From a virus, in the IMG/VR virus record IMGVR_UViG_3300024312_000003, positions 116,491-180,490 of that record: DNA of 64,000 nucleotides; one strand, given 5' to 3'. The stretch's first letter is position 1. Every line of letters begins with the position of its first letter. Shown here one piece after another: positions 8,762 to 16,547 of the stretch. Below the pieces are notes generated by a model, which had not been told where the DNA came from, ran no database searches, and saw only the letters and a program-made list of their open reading frames with translations. A program made the translations under genes and the position numbers.

Positions 8762-9265
8762 TCAGATAACAATAGCTTTGTTAATAACCACATCCTCGAC
8801 AGGAACATCCATATGCATTCCACGCCGACCTGTCTTGACTTTTTCAATTTGGTCAACAACTTCGAAACCGCTGATGACTTTACCGAAAACAGCGTAACCC
8901 CATCCTTGCTGTGTCTCAGACTTGAAGTTCAGAAAATCATTATTGGCTGTATTAATGAAAAACTGAGCCGAAGCAGAATGTGGGTCTGAAGTACGAGCCA
9001 TTGAAATGGTGTACTTTTCATTTCCCAAACCATTGTTTGCTTCGTTCTTAATAGGTTCTTTAGATGGAAGTTTATCCTTCATTCCAGAAAGAAAACCACC
9101 TGCCTGAATCATGAAACCTTTGATGACTCGATGAAAGGTGACTCCTTCATAGAATCCCTTTTCCACATAATCGATGAAATTAGAAACAGAACTAGGAGCT
9201 GCTTCTTCATTCAGTTCAATTTGGATGTTACCAACATTGGTTTGCAATTCTACAATCTTTGTCAT
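8762..9265 (-). CDS. ppiB: Cyclophilin-type peptidyl-prolyl cis-trans isomerase
   Basis: [43 protein letters not shown]. Confidence 0.97.
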   Translation of the reverse strand: MTKIVELQTNVGNIQIELNEEAAPSSVSNFIDYVEKGFYEGVTFHRVIKGFMIQAGGFLSGMKDKLPSKEPIKNEANNGLGNEKYTISMARTSDPHSASAQFFINTANNDFLNFKSETQQGWGYAVFGKVISGFEVVDQIEKVKTGRRGMHMDVPVEDVVINKAIVI

Positions 9266-9269
9266 TACT

Positions 9270-9790
9270 ATCTTTCAGTGAAAAGGAAACGGTTCTCGGA
9301 TTGACACCACGAGGCCAATCTTGACATCAACCCGGCAACCGTCGACTGTTACTTCTATTTGCAAAGATAGGTGATAACTCACCTGTTGTATATAAGGTCA
9401 CATCTCTTTACTGATGCTTCTCCGCTACCTGCAGATAAAGGGCTATTCTAGCTTCTAAGGGAACTGGCATTATTCCCTCCACCGTCAACCAATCACAAGG
9501 TAAGTCAACCACTAGGGTGTCTCAAAACCAAGCGACCAATTAACACGAATAATCGCATTGCTAATATAAATCAGTATAAGTCAAAATGCGACAAATGACT
9601 TTACTTTACAGGTCGTTTACCATACTAATGTTTCTTCAACATATTCTGGCCTGTGTGACTACGACTCCACTCATATCTCTTATTCCTTTCGTTCCTTATT
9701 ATGTTGTATCAGGGAAAATCAGAGCACCAGGAGTAATGGTGGGCTTTTCAAATTAAACAGTTACCTTGTAAAAAGTAACTATCTTGTTCA
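9270..9790 (-). ncRNA. Candidate large structured non-coding RNA
   Basis: 557-nt intergenic gap with no ORF of 60 aa or more, several hairpins, one H-type pseudoknot, promoter-like ACATATTAC immediately upstream. Confidence 0.45.
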
Positions 9791-9795
9791 AGTTA

Positions 9796-9804
9796 GTAAT
9801 ATGT
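9796..9804 (-). promoter_or_regulatory. Putative phage RNAP promoter ACATATTAC
   Basis: Recurrent motif upstream of minus-strand units; resembles phiKZ early promoter TATATTAC. Confidence 0.45.
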
Positions 9805-9822
9805 TACTGTAATGTTTTTTAA

Positions 9823-10278
9823 TCAGCTCACTGTTGGTGAACCCGACATTTTGTTAGCAATAGATCGACACAAATCAAATTCTGAACGATCGTTCTTTGA
9901 TTGAATAACATGAATCATCCAATCTCGAATAATGTCGATTTCAGTTAGTTGAGTAATATGGATAATCGGAATATTCAAACGCTCACAAATCTGAATTTCT
10001 GCTTCAATTCCTTTTGATTCTTTCCAACCATCCATTTGATAGACAAGCATATACTTACAACTAGAAAGCATTGCTTCATCCAATCTACCCCAATTCTTCC
10101 AACCGCCTTCCATGGCATTTGGTGAGTGTTGAATTAGACCAACATTGTGTACAATTGGAGAGATGACGGGAATACCAGCATTAATTAGCTCAACTGCTTT
10201 TTCTGCAACTTGTTTAACTCTGGCTTCTTGAACAGACTTATCTGGATGAGAATATGGTGAAGCTAGATAACCCAACAT
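9823..10278 (-). CDS. DUF1937-like (nucleoside deoxyribosyltransferase-like fold) protein
   Basis: YLASPYSHPD, SPIVH, WKESKGI.AEI pattern. Confidence 0.75.
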   Translation of the reverse strand: MLGYLASPYSHPDKSVQEARVKQVAEKAVELINAGIPVISPIVHNVGLIQHSPNAMEGGWKNWGRLDEAMLSSCKYMLVYQMDGWKESKGIEAEIQICERLNIPIIHITQLTEIDIIRDWMIHVIQSKNDRSEFDLCRSIANKMSGSPTVS

Positions 10279-10324
10279 TACAGTTTCCTTTTAAGTGGTT
10301 GTTAACTAAAAAATATAGATAGCG

Positions 10325-10360
10325 TGTAAAAAAGGATAGTCGAAAGACTATCCTTTTTTT
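10325..10360. terminator. Intrinsic terminator hairpin
   Basis: AAAAAGGATAGTC-GAAA-GACTATCCTTTTTT. Confidence 0.75.
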
Positions 10361-10364
10361 GTTT

Positions 10365-10790
10365 TTAACAAGAAGCCATGGTTGCTTCGGTATTCCATTT
10401 CTCCTTTACCAGAGAATAAATATCGTCAATATTAACTTGCAGATATTCTACGTTATTCGGATTACCTTCTTTATAACGCATGGCCACTGCGTTTCCAGTA
10501 CAATATCTACGGGCTTGTCTCCCGGATTCTTGAAGAATCAAAACTTCACCATCTTCAAGGAATGGGATCAGTCCTTCGATCTTAATTGATTCATCAGTAT
10601 CTGGATCCATGTCTGAAAACAGATTATGACTTTTAGGAATAAGTGCGTACCTGGTATGATCGGGTTTATTTCCATCTGGAGGAGTTACTTCAACAACTTC
10701 AGCTTCTAGTTTTTCAGCATAAGCCATAAAACCATCAACATCTTTGACTTTGACAAAATTAGTTCGTTGAAATCCGTAATAGTCTGACAT
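10365..10790 (-). CDS. Hypothetical protein
   Basis: ORF track, RBS AGGAAA. Confidence 0.7.
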   Translation of the reverse strand: MSDYYGFQRTNFVKVKDVDGFMAYAEKLEAEVVEVTPPDGNKPDHTRYALIPKSHNLFSDMDPDTDESIKIEGLIPFLEDGEVLILQESGRQARRYCTGNAVAMRYKEGNPNNVEYLQVNIDDIYSLVKEKWNTEATMASC

Positions 10791-10842
10791 TTTGATTTCC
10801 TAGGTCATATATAGGTAGCGATAATTATCGCTACCTATAGGT

Positions 10843-11148
10843 TTAGTATCTTTGTTTGATATCGTTAATCTGATTAATCAACTCTAGTCGATCACCAGAA
10901 TTACTCAAAAGAAATTCATGGACTAAAGAACAAGCTTCTTTCAAATTAGAAGTCTGCTCATTGGTTCCTTGGATTGCGTCAAGTTCCAACTTAATCAACT
11001 CTATGATCTCTTGAATCAGATCTTGATTATCTTGTTCATCAAGTAATTCTATCTGATGAACAAAATTAAGAATAGTAAGAGTGATAGATCCAGCAATATG
11101 GATCTTGCCTAAATCCTCTATGAATTGTTTACATATGTCTTTAAACAT
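10843..11148 (-). CDS. Hypothetical helical protein
   Basis: ORF track. Confidence 0.6.
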   Translation of the reverse strand: MFKDICKQFIEDLGKIHIAGSITLTILNFVHQIELLDEQDNQDLIQEIIELIKLELDAIQGTNEQTSNLKEACSLVHEFLLSNSGDRLELINQINDIKQRY

Positions 11149-11172
11149 GATTTCCTCTAAAGGTTTAACATA

Positions 11173-11451
11173 TCATTTTACTTGATTCCTAATTGAATCA
11201 AGTAAAACCATCTTGTCTTCGGGAATAAGAATACTCATTTCTAGATCCGCGTGAAAATTAATGTACGAGTAATTTATTCGATGATCCCATTCAACAATAA
11301 TTAGCAATTCATCGCCACGCATAAGAGATACGTCTCTTATGTAACCGGTTGCTTTTGTAATTGGAGCAATTGCTTTGCATCCAATCAACAACTTAGAAAT
11401 ATTATCTAAGTCATAAGGGTATTTTGCTTTAAGATTCTTAATCCAAGGCAT
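11173..11451 (-). CDS. Hypothetical protein
   Basis: ORF track. Confidence 0.6.
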   Translation of the reverse strand: MPWIKNLKAKYPYDLDNISKLLIGCKAIAPITKATGYIRDVSLMRGDELLIIVEWDHRINYSYINFHADLEMSILIPEDKMVLLDSIRNQVK

Positions 11452-11457
11452 GATTCT

Positions 11458-11922
11458 TCACTTAATGCTAAATGTTTCATCACTAAAGGATGCATTTTCA
11501 GGAATTGTGTAATAAAACATTCCTGTATTCAGATATTGATTAAATAAATTTCCCTGCATGAAATCATTCACATCATCAATGTATGTTTTAAGACAATTCA
11601 ATGATTCTGTATAAATTGAATTCAAAGGGCATCCGGCTTTACTGATCTTAATCTGAACATCGGCAGGATAAACGGTATCTCCATGCATACTGATCTGCAC
11701 GGTAATCACATCATCAAAAATGTAAGTTGTGGAAAAGATTTTACGTTTTGAATGGTAATGAATGATTACTTTCGTATTTTTAAAAGTAATCACTCGCTTG
11801 AAAGTAGTCATTCGATGAGACGGGTGAAATTCTACACCAACGTCTCCTTTATCATTCTCACTAAATGGCATTGTGAGAATATATTTACGAATAGCAAGCA
11901 AAGTCGAGTTAATTAATTGCAT
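11458..11922 (-). CDS. Hypothetical protein
   Basis: ORF track. Confidence 0.6.
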   Translation of the reverse strand: MQLINSTLLAIRKYILTMPFSENDKGDVGVEFHPSHRMTTFKRVITFKNTKVIIHYHSKRKIFSTTYIFDDVITVQISMHGDTVYPADVQIKISKAGCPLNSIYTESLNCLKTYIDDVNDFMQGNLFNQYLNTGMFYYTIPENASFSDETFSIK

Positions 11923-11924
11923 TT

Positions 11925-12215
11925 TTAACCTTCAATTACGAGAATGCCATTACCATGATTAATCATGACTGCTTTTCCTGGTTGATCAAATTGAAAACCA
12001 ATCTCTTCAATCTTCAAAATTCTACTCTTAATAATCGAAGAGTTGTTTACTTTTTCTTTTATGACGTCAACCAAATTGTCATAAGAAGAACTAGAGTTGA
12101 AAACTCTAGAGTTAAATTTAGAAGCCAAACCAATAGAAATCGCATAACTACTAATCAATTGGGTTAGCTCATTAAACAATTCTGGACAATTAATTTGCTT
12201 GATGAATTGATCCAT
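11925..12215 (-). CDS. Hypothetical protein
   Basis: ORF track. Confidence 0.55.
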   Translation of the reverse strand: MDQFIKQINCPELFNELTQLISSYAISIGLASKFNSRVFNSSSSYDNLVDVIKEKVNNSSIIKSRILKIEEIGFQFDQPGKAVMINHGNGILVIEG

Positions 12216-12441
12216 GATCTTTAAAATGTTTGAGTTCGTTATATACTTTTTGAATCAAACTATCATGCTTCCTAGATAAAGAATTCTCTAAAGCATCGAT
12301 GTGTTTAATAAGTTCTGAACGGATGTGATCTTCTGGAAAACCGGCTCTTAGAAGATGAATGAAGAGATCCACTGTTTTTCTTGTTTCAGTGTGATTTATA
12401 TTTTCAAGTTCTAGCAGCAATGTATGTGGTTCAAGAGACAT
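12190..12441 (-). CDS. Hypothetical protein, tandem paralogue A
   Basis: Shares LLLE..I...TR....LL..GFPE..I...KHI..LE with the next gene. Confidence 0.65.
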   Translation of the reverse strand: MSLEPHTLLLELENINHTETRKTVDLFIHLLRAGFPEDHIRSELIKHIDALENSLSRKHDSLIQKVYNELKHFKDHGSIHQAN

Positions 12442-12655
12442 AAGCTTTTAGATCAATTAGGCTTTCAAGAACACCCATTAATTCTTCATCTTTTGGTTTA
12501 GAATCAAGAAGAGATTCTAAACCAAGAATATGTTTTTTAATTTGATCTTTTATCTGCCACTCAGGAAACCCAGATTTTAGAAGACAAACGTATGGTGATA
12601 GACTTTGACGGGTTTGTAGATTGTCAATTTTTTTAATTTCTAACAGGAGGCTCAT
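12431..12655 (-). CDS. Hypothetical protein, tandem paralogue B
   Basis: Same shared pattern; start likely MSLLLE at 12655. Confidence 0.65.
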   Translation of the reverse strand: MSLLLEIKKIDNLQTRQSLSPYVCLLKSGFPEWQIKDQIKKHILGLESLLDSKPKDEELMGVLESLIDLKAYVS

Positions 12656-13268
12656 TGTCTTTCCTATTCTCTTCTTTTTCACGAATCAATCTACAGACAG
12701 TAGTTCTGAGTCCCGGATAACACTCATGAACACTACCCATCAGCTTAATTCGAGTTTTATTTCTCAATCCAGAATTTGGATCACTGTTACTGGGATCACT
12801 CAGATGCTCAAGATTTCTGTTCTGAGCATATTCGTAAATCTTTGATTTTGGAGTGCAAATCAGCGGGCGAATAACGTTGTTATTTTGATATTCCAGAATT
12901 TTAGGAGTACCTTGGAAAGTACTCATGATGTACCATTCGACAGCATCATCAAGATGGTGACCTGTGAGTACCATCCTGTCCATGGCTTGAAAGATCTTGT
13001 ATCTTTCACGACTCCAATAAGCTTCCTTTGAACCCGGTCCTTTGAATGCTTCGATTTGTTTAACAAGCAATTCAATACCTAGTTCCTTAGAAAGATTTTC
13101 AGCAAACAACTGTTCCTCATCGCAGAAATTGCCCCTGTGATGAATAAACAACAACTTAACGTCTACTTTTCTCTTTACTAGCAAATGAAGCAATACAGCA
13201 GAATCCACACCTCCAGAGAAAGCCAGGTACACTGGTGTATTGATTCGCTTAAAGAAACTAATTTTCAT
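12633..13268 (-). CDS. tilS: tRNA(Ile)-lysidine synthetase, catalytic PP-loop domain only
   Basis: AFSGGVDS PP-loop, ERY, TGHHLDD..E, IRPL, DPSN.D, RN..R motifs. Confidence 0.9.
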   Translation of the reverse strand: MKISFFKRINTPVYLAFSGGVDSAVLLHLLVKRKVDVKLLFIHHRGNFCDEEQLFAENLSKELGIELLVKQIEAFKGPGSKEAYWSRERYKIFQAMDRMVLTGHHLDDAVEWYIMSTFQGTPKILEYQNNNVIRPLICTPKSKIYEYAQNRNLEHLSDPSNSDPNSGLRNKTRIKLMGSVHECYPGLRTTVCRLIREKEENRKDNEPPVRN

Positions 13269-13314
13269 TTTACAATTATTGTTTATCAATTAGAACAAAC
13301 TCAAGTCTTTGAAA

Positions 13315-13662
13315 TTAAAGTAAATGAGTTCTGGGACCTAATTCGTAATGATATTTGTAATTACGACATTTGTATAACTTACCAATTTCTTTTTTCCTAA
13401 CGCGGATAACTTCTTTAACACTAACCCAACCAGTGTAATCAGGAATCTTTTTGATTCTGATATTTTTAACTTCTGTACAAACAGATTTTGCACTTTGGGA
13501 AATCGGCTCAATAAATGCTGAGTACGGAATACCGTAGGTTTTATCTTTCTCAACAGTTATTTTAAATCCCTTGTGAATAACTGATTTGATTGTCTTAATT
13601 GTTCGCTTATGTTTAAAGCGATATTTCCAATATCTTGCTATTTTGGTATTCTTCATTTTCAA
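13315..13662 (-). CDS. Hypothetical basic protein
   Basis: ORF track. Confidence 0.55.
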   Translation of the reverse strand: MKMKNTKIARYWKYRFKHKRTIKTIKSVIHKGFKITVEKDKTYGIPYSAFIEPISQSAKSVCTEVKNIRIKKIPDYTGWVSVKEVIRVRKKEIGKLYKCRNYKYHYELGPRTHLL

Positions 13663-13746
13663 TATATTGAGTTGGTTGATAAAAAATAAATTAAAGTTTA
13701 GGGCATATTTAGGTAGGTAGCTTATCGCTACCTACCTAAATTATGT

Positions 13747-13823
13747 TGGTCGGAGTGGAGAGATTTGAACTCCCGACCATCTGCTCCCAAAGCAGATGCG
13801 CTACCAGACTGCGCTACACTCCG
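13747..13823 (-). tRNA. tRNA-Pro(TGG)
   Basis: Full cloverleaf CGGAGTG...CACTCCG-A-CCA, anticodon loop TTTGGGA. Confidence 0.97.
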
Positions 13824-14036
13824 TCATTCTTCAAACAACTCTTTTTGATTTGCACCGATCTCTTTGAGAGACTTACCGTAAATCTTCCGAGCATTACCAC
13901 ACATCCAACAAGAACAAATCTTAGGAGTATCGATAACCATTCCGTTATGTTTATCGGAAAGATTACCACCCCAATACTTTTTACGATTCTTCTTCAAACG
14001 TTCACGATGATGAATGCGAGTTGCACGTCTTGACAT
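13824..14036 (-). CDS. Small basic CxCxxC protein
   Basis: TPKICSCWMCGNARK; stop abuts tRNA-Pro. Confidence 0.7.
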   Translation of the reverse strand: MSRRATRIHHRERLKKNRKKYWGGNLSDKHNGMVIDTPKICSCWMCGNARKIYGKSLKEIGANQKELFEE

Positions 14037-14108
14037 TTTGTTCTCCAGGAGGTCCTGACCCGGAACAGGTCAGTATCTTGGAGTAAAAATACCAATTAGT
14101 AGTTTTCT

Positions 14109-14702
14109 TCATTTAAAATATCCATCTGCCATTTTGGCAATTGAATCGATGTGCGGAATCCAAATAGCTCGAAGAACTGGATCTGTCCAAACATTGGCAG
14201 TCAAATTCTGAGCAAGGAATTCATTGCTTTGAGATGTAGTCTTTGTAATTTGACCAGCCGCAACACCAGCTACAAAAGAACCAATTGTAGCAAGATTACA
14301 TTTTGCAGGAGTACCAACCAAAAGTACTGGATAATCTTTATCCTGACAATACCAAGCAGCGATACAGCCAGTGGAGTCCTTCATGAAAAATCCCTTACTA
14401 CCAGTACCGCCAGGTACCTGTGAGGGATAACATGCGAGTACGTCTTTAACTTCCTTGCAAGATTTAGAAACTCCGGGATTCGGATCAGTTCCAAAAGTGG
14501 TATTGTTACAAATGTATGTGCCTGGAGTAAAATCTTTACTAACCCACTTTGAACCAGCGCCATAAGTTACTCTGGTATCTTTCAGAATGGTCATGGTTTT
14601 ACCACCAGACACATTAACAACTTGAGTTTGTGCTTGGACTGAACCCAACATTAGAAATGTTGAAAAAACAAAAAATAAAAAGCTTTTCAAAGAATATTTC
14701 AT
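14109..14702 (-). CDS. Predicted secreted Cys-containing protein
   Basis: Signal peptide (MKYSLKSFLFFVFSTFLMLGSVQA), YGAG..W...C.N.TFG.DP.PGV.K.C module. Confidence 0.7.
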   Translation of the reverse strand: MKYSLKSFLFFVFSTFLMLGSVQAQTQVVNVSGGKTMTILKDTRVTYGAGSKWVSKDFTPGTYICNNTTFGTDPNPGVSKSCKEVKDVLACYPSQVPGGTGSKGFFMKDSTGCIAAWYCQDKDYPVLLVGTPAKCNLATIGSFVAGVAAGQITKTTSQSNEFLAQNLTANVWTDPVLRAIWIPHIDSIAKMADGYFK

Positions 14703-14716
14703 GATTTTCTCATTGG

Positions 14717-14790
14717 TGGAGCGGGCGACGGGGATCGAACCCGCGTCATTAGCTTGGAAGGCTAAGGTTCTACCATTGAACTACACCCGC
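14717..14790 (-). tRNA. tRNA-Gly(TCC)
   Basis: GCGGGTG...CGCCCGC-T-CCA, anticodon loop CTTCCAA. Confidence 0.97.
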
Positions 14791-14823
14791 AGATTAAGAA
14801 GAAGTTCTTCTTAAGATATTGCT

Positions 14824-15033
14824 TTATTTGGAAGAAATACAAGAGTACGGATTAGCATATCCATCATTCTTTTCAGGATCATAAATCAACGTACCCTTTT
14901 GAGCAATGCAAGAATTGATTGTTGCTCGGAATTTGTATTGTGTCGAATTAAAATACAAAATAGACACAATTGAAAGAGCCAAAATAATGGCTGCGACATA
15001 AATAGAAATCGGAGTATCTTTATACGAACTCAT
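14824..15033 (-). CDS. Small single-pass membrane protein
   Basis: Hydrophobic helix then two Cys. Confidence 0.6.
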   Translation of the reverse strand: MSSYKDTPISIYVAAIILALSIVSILYFNSTQYKFRATINSCIAQKGTLIYDPEKNDGYANPYSCISSK

Positions 15034-15058
15034 GATTTATAGTAATTTAGTGGATGGA

Positions 15059-15091
15059 TGGTGCCGGTTGACAGTCTCGAACTGCCGACCT
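15059..15091 (-). pseudogene. 3' piece of a split tRNA (variable loop, T-arm, acceptor strand, CCA)
   Basis: AGGTC-GGCAG-TTCGAGA-CTGTC-AACCGGC-A-CCA. Confidence 0.85.
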
Positions 15092-15662
15092 ATTCAATAA
15101 TTATTGGTTTCACCCAATAACCCCTTGGCGGTTTTTCTATTGAATATATTTTACACCATTTTTCAATTGTCTTATCGGAAACACCATAATCCTTAGAAAT
15201 ATGGGTAGTGGGTTTCGACCAGACTAACTTCTCAAGAGTCTCTTTAGAAGGTCTATCTTTAACTATCCGTGCTCCAATTTTTGAACAGTTTGCTGAGCAA
15301 TATTTAAATTCAGGATAAATAGGGTATTCGCAAACGATACACCGTATACACCCCAATTTAATTCTTTCAGAAAATTCTTTGTTTGGTTCAAAAGAATATT
15401 TATTCATCCAACCATGCAGTTTAGCATGCATTGGATTTGAAAGAATCAACAAATTGTCAGGAGAATTATTTTGTCTATTTTGATCCAGATGATGAACTAC
15501 TTCTCCTTCTAGAAGCGATCTTCCCATCAGATTCTCAGCAACAACAATATGTTCGTAAACATATCCTTCGTAAGATCCCGAAGCTATAGCTCTCGGATGA
15601 TATGGCATCTTGACCAAAACATATCCGTTGGTATCAATTGTTCGTCTAAAAAGTTTGTACAT
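15090..15662 (-). CDS. HNH homing endonuclease
   Basis: NGYV, YEHIVVAE..MGR.L...EVVHH.DQNR.NN.PDNL, CxxC...CSxxC; ATG at 15662 (the track start at 15701 lies inside tRNA-Tyr). Confidence 0.9.
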   Translation of the reverse strand: MYKLFRRTIDTNGYVLVKMPYHPRAIASGSYEGYVYEHIVVAENLMGRSLLEGEVVHHLDQNRQNNSPDNLLILSNPMHAKLHGWMNKYSFEPNKEFSERIKLGCIRCIVCEYPIYPEFKYCSANCSKIGARIVKDRPSKETLEKLVWSKPTTHISKDYGVSDKTIEKWCKIYSIEKPPRGYWVKPIIIE

Positions 15663-15675
15663 GATTTTGATTGGA

Positions 15676-15750
15676 TGGTGCCCTGTCTGTGAATCGAACA
15701 CAGATCGCCGCCTTACAAGGGCGGTGCTAAGACCTTCCAGCTAACAGGGC
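15676..15750 (-). tRNA. tRNA-Tyr(GTA), short variable loop, nested inside the split tRNA
   Basis: GCCCTGT/ACAGGGC acceptor, CCGCC-CTTGTAA-GGCGG, CGAT variable loop, CTGTG-TTCGATT-CACAG, A-CCA. Confidence 0.85.
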
Positions 15751-15786
15751 ACTATGAAACAGAAACAAATACAGATTTAGAAAGAA

Positions 15787-15810
15787 CTCTACCAACTGAG
15801 CTAAACCGGC
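15787..15810 (-). pseudogene. 5' piece of the split tRNA (acceptor strand plus D-arm), Thr/Phe-like
   Basis: GCCGGTT-TA-GCTC-AGTTGGTA-GAG; acceptor strand pairs 7/7 with AACCGGC at 15063-15069. Confidence 0.85.
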
Positions 15811-15862
15811 GACTTAGATAACAAACCAAGAGTCAGGAGATATTTCTATCTCCTGACTGAAA

Positions 15863-15939
<77 letters not shown>

Positions 15940-16031
15940 GTTATCTACTAAACCATGGAAGCGTGTGCTTCTTTCCAAATCATAGATGATTGTGGTAAAA
16001 AAGTATTTGTTTTTCCATATCTATCAATATT

Positions 16032-16039
16032 GTAATATG
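16032..16039 (-). promoter_or_regulatory. Putative promoter CATATTAC upstream of the tRNA cluster
   Basis: Recurrent motif. Confidence 0.4.
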
Positions 16040-16057
16040 GTTCTGAAATACTTTTGA

Positions 16058-16546
16058 TTACAACTCTGTTTTAAATCCGTACTTAACAATGGACTCAATC
16101 AGATATTGACTTGAGTCTGGTTCAAAATACATGTTCTTTCTATCAAAGATTAAACACTGATTAGAACCTCTATCGTGAGCGACTAAATCTAGAAACAAAA
16201 ATACATCCTCACCATTTGAGGTAAGAATCCATTTCATGTCATCATGTTTATTTGTCTTGTCGCGAATGAGTCCAGTAATGGGTCTTTCTCTTAGTTTCCT
16301 ACAGTAATTCTTATAAATTACCAAACTGACACAATGATTTTCAAGATAATCAGATGCCACCTGACCAGCATTGTTATAAATCTTGTTGTAAGATATACTG
16401 TTTGCGTTTAACTTATTCCAAATATGATTAAACGCAACTCTGCTCATTTCTTTCAAAAGTGTTCTGACTGAGTCAGTTCTCTCGATGCTTCTTAGAAAAA
16501 GAAGATATTGTCGAAGCGTAACGTCTTGGTAATTTTGAACAATCAT
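16058..16546 (-). CDS. Hypothetical protein
   Basis: ORF track. Confidence 0.6.
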   Translation of the reverse strand: MIVQNYQDVTLRQYLLFLRSIERTDSVRTLLKEMSRVAFNHIWNKLNANSISYNKIYNNAGQVASDYLENHCVSLVIYKNYCRKLRERPITGLIRDKTNKHDDMKWILTSNGEDVFLFLDLVAHDRGSNQCLIFDRKNMYFEPDSSQYLIESIVKYGFKTEL

Positions 16547-16547
16547 T

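Noticed and set aside
13743-14033. Plus-strand 96-aa ORF
   Set aside because: Antisense reading of tRNA-Pro and the 13824 gene
14714-14719. Genomic CCACCA after tRNA-Gly as a degradation mark
   Set aside because: CCACCA marking is added post-transcriptionally to unstable tRNAs; this tRNA has a stable stem and normal 3' trimming would remove the extra CCA
15092-15786. Group I intron within the split tRNA
   Set aside because: No P7 R/S elements found, and the whole anticodon arm is missing, so splicing could not restore a tRNA
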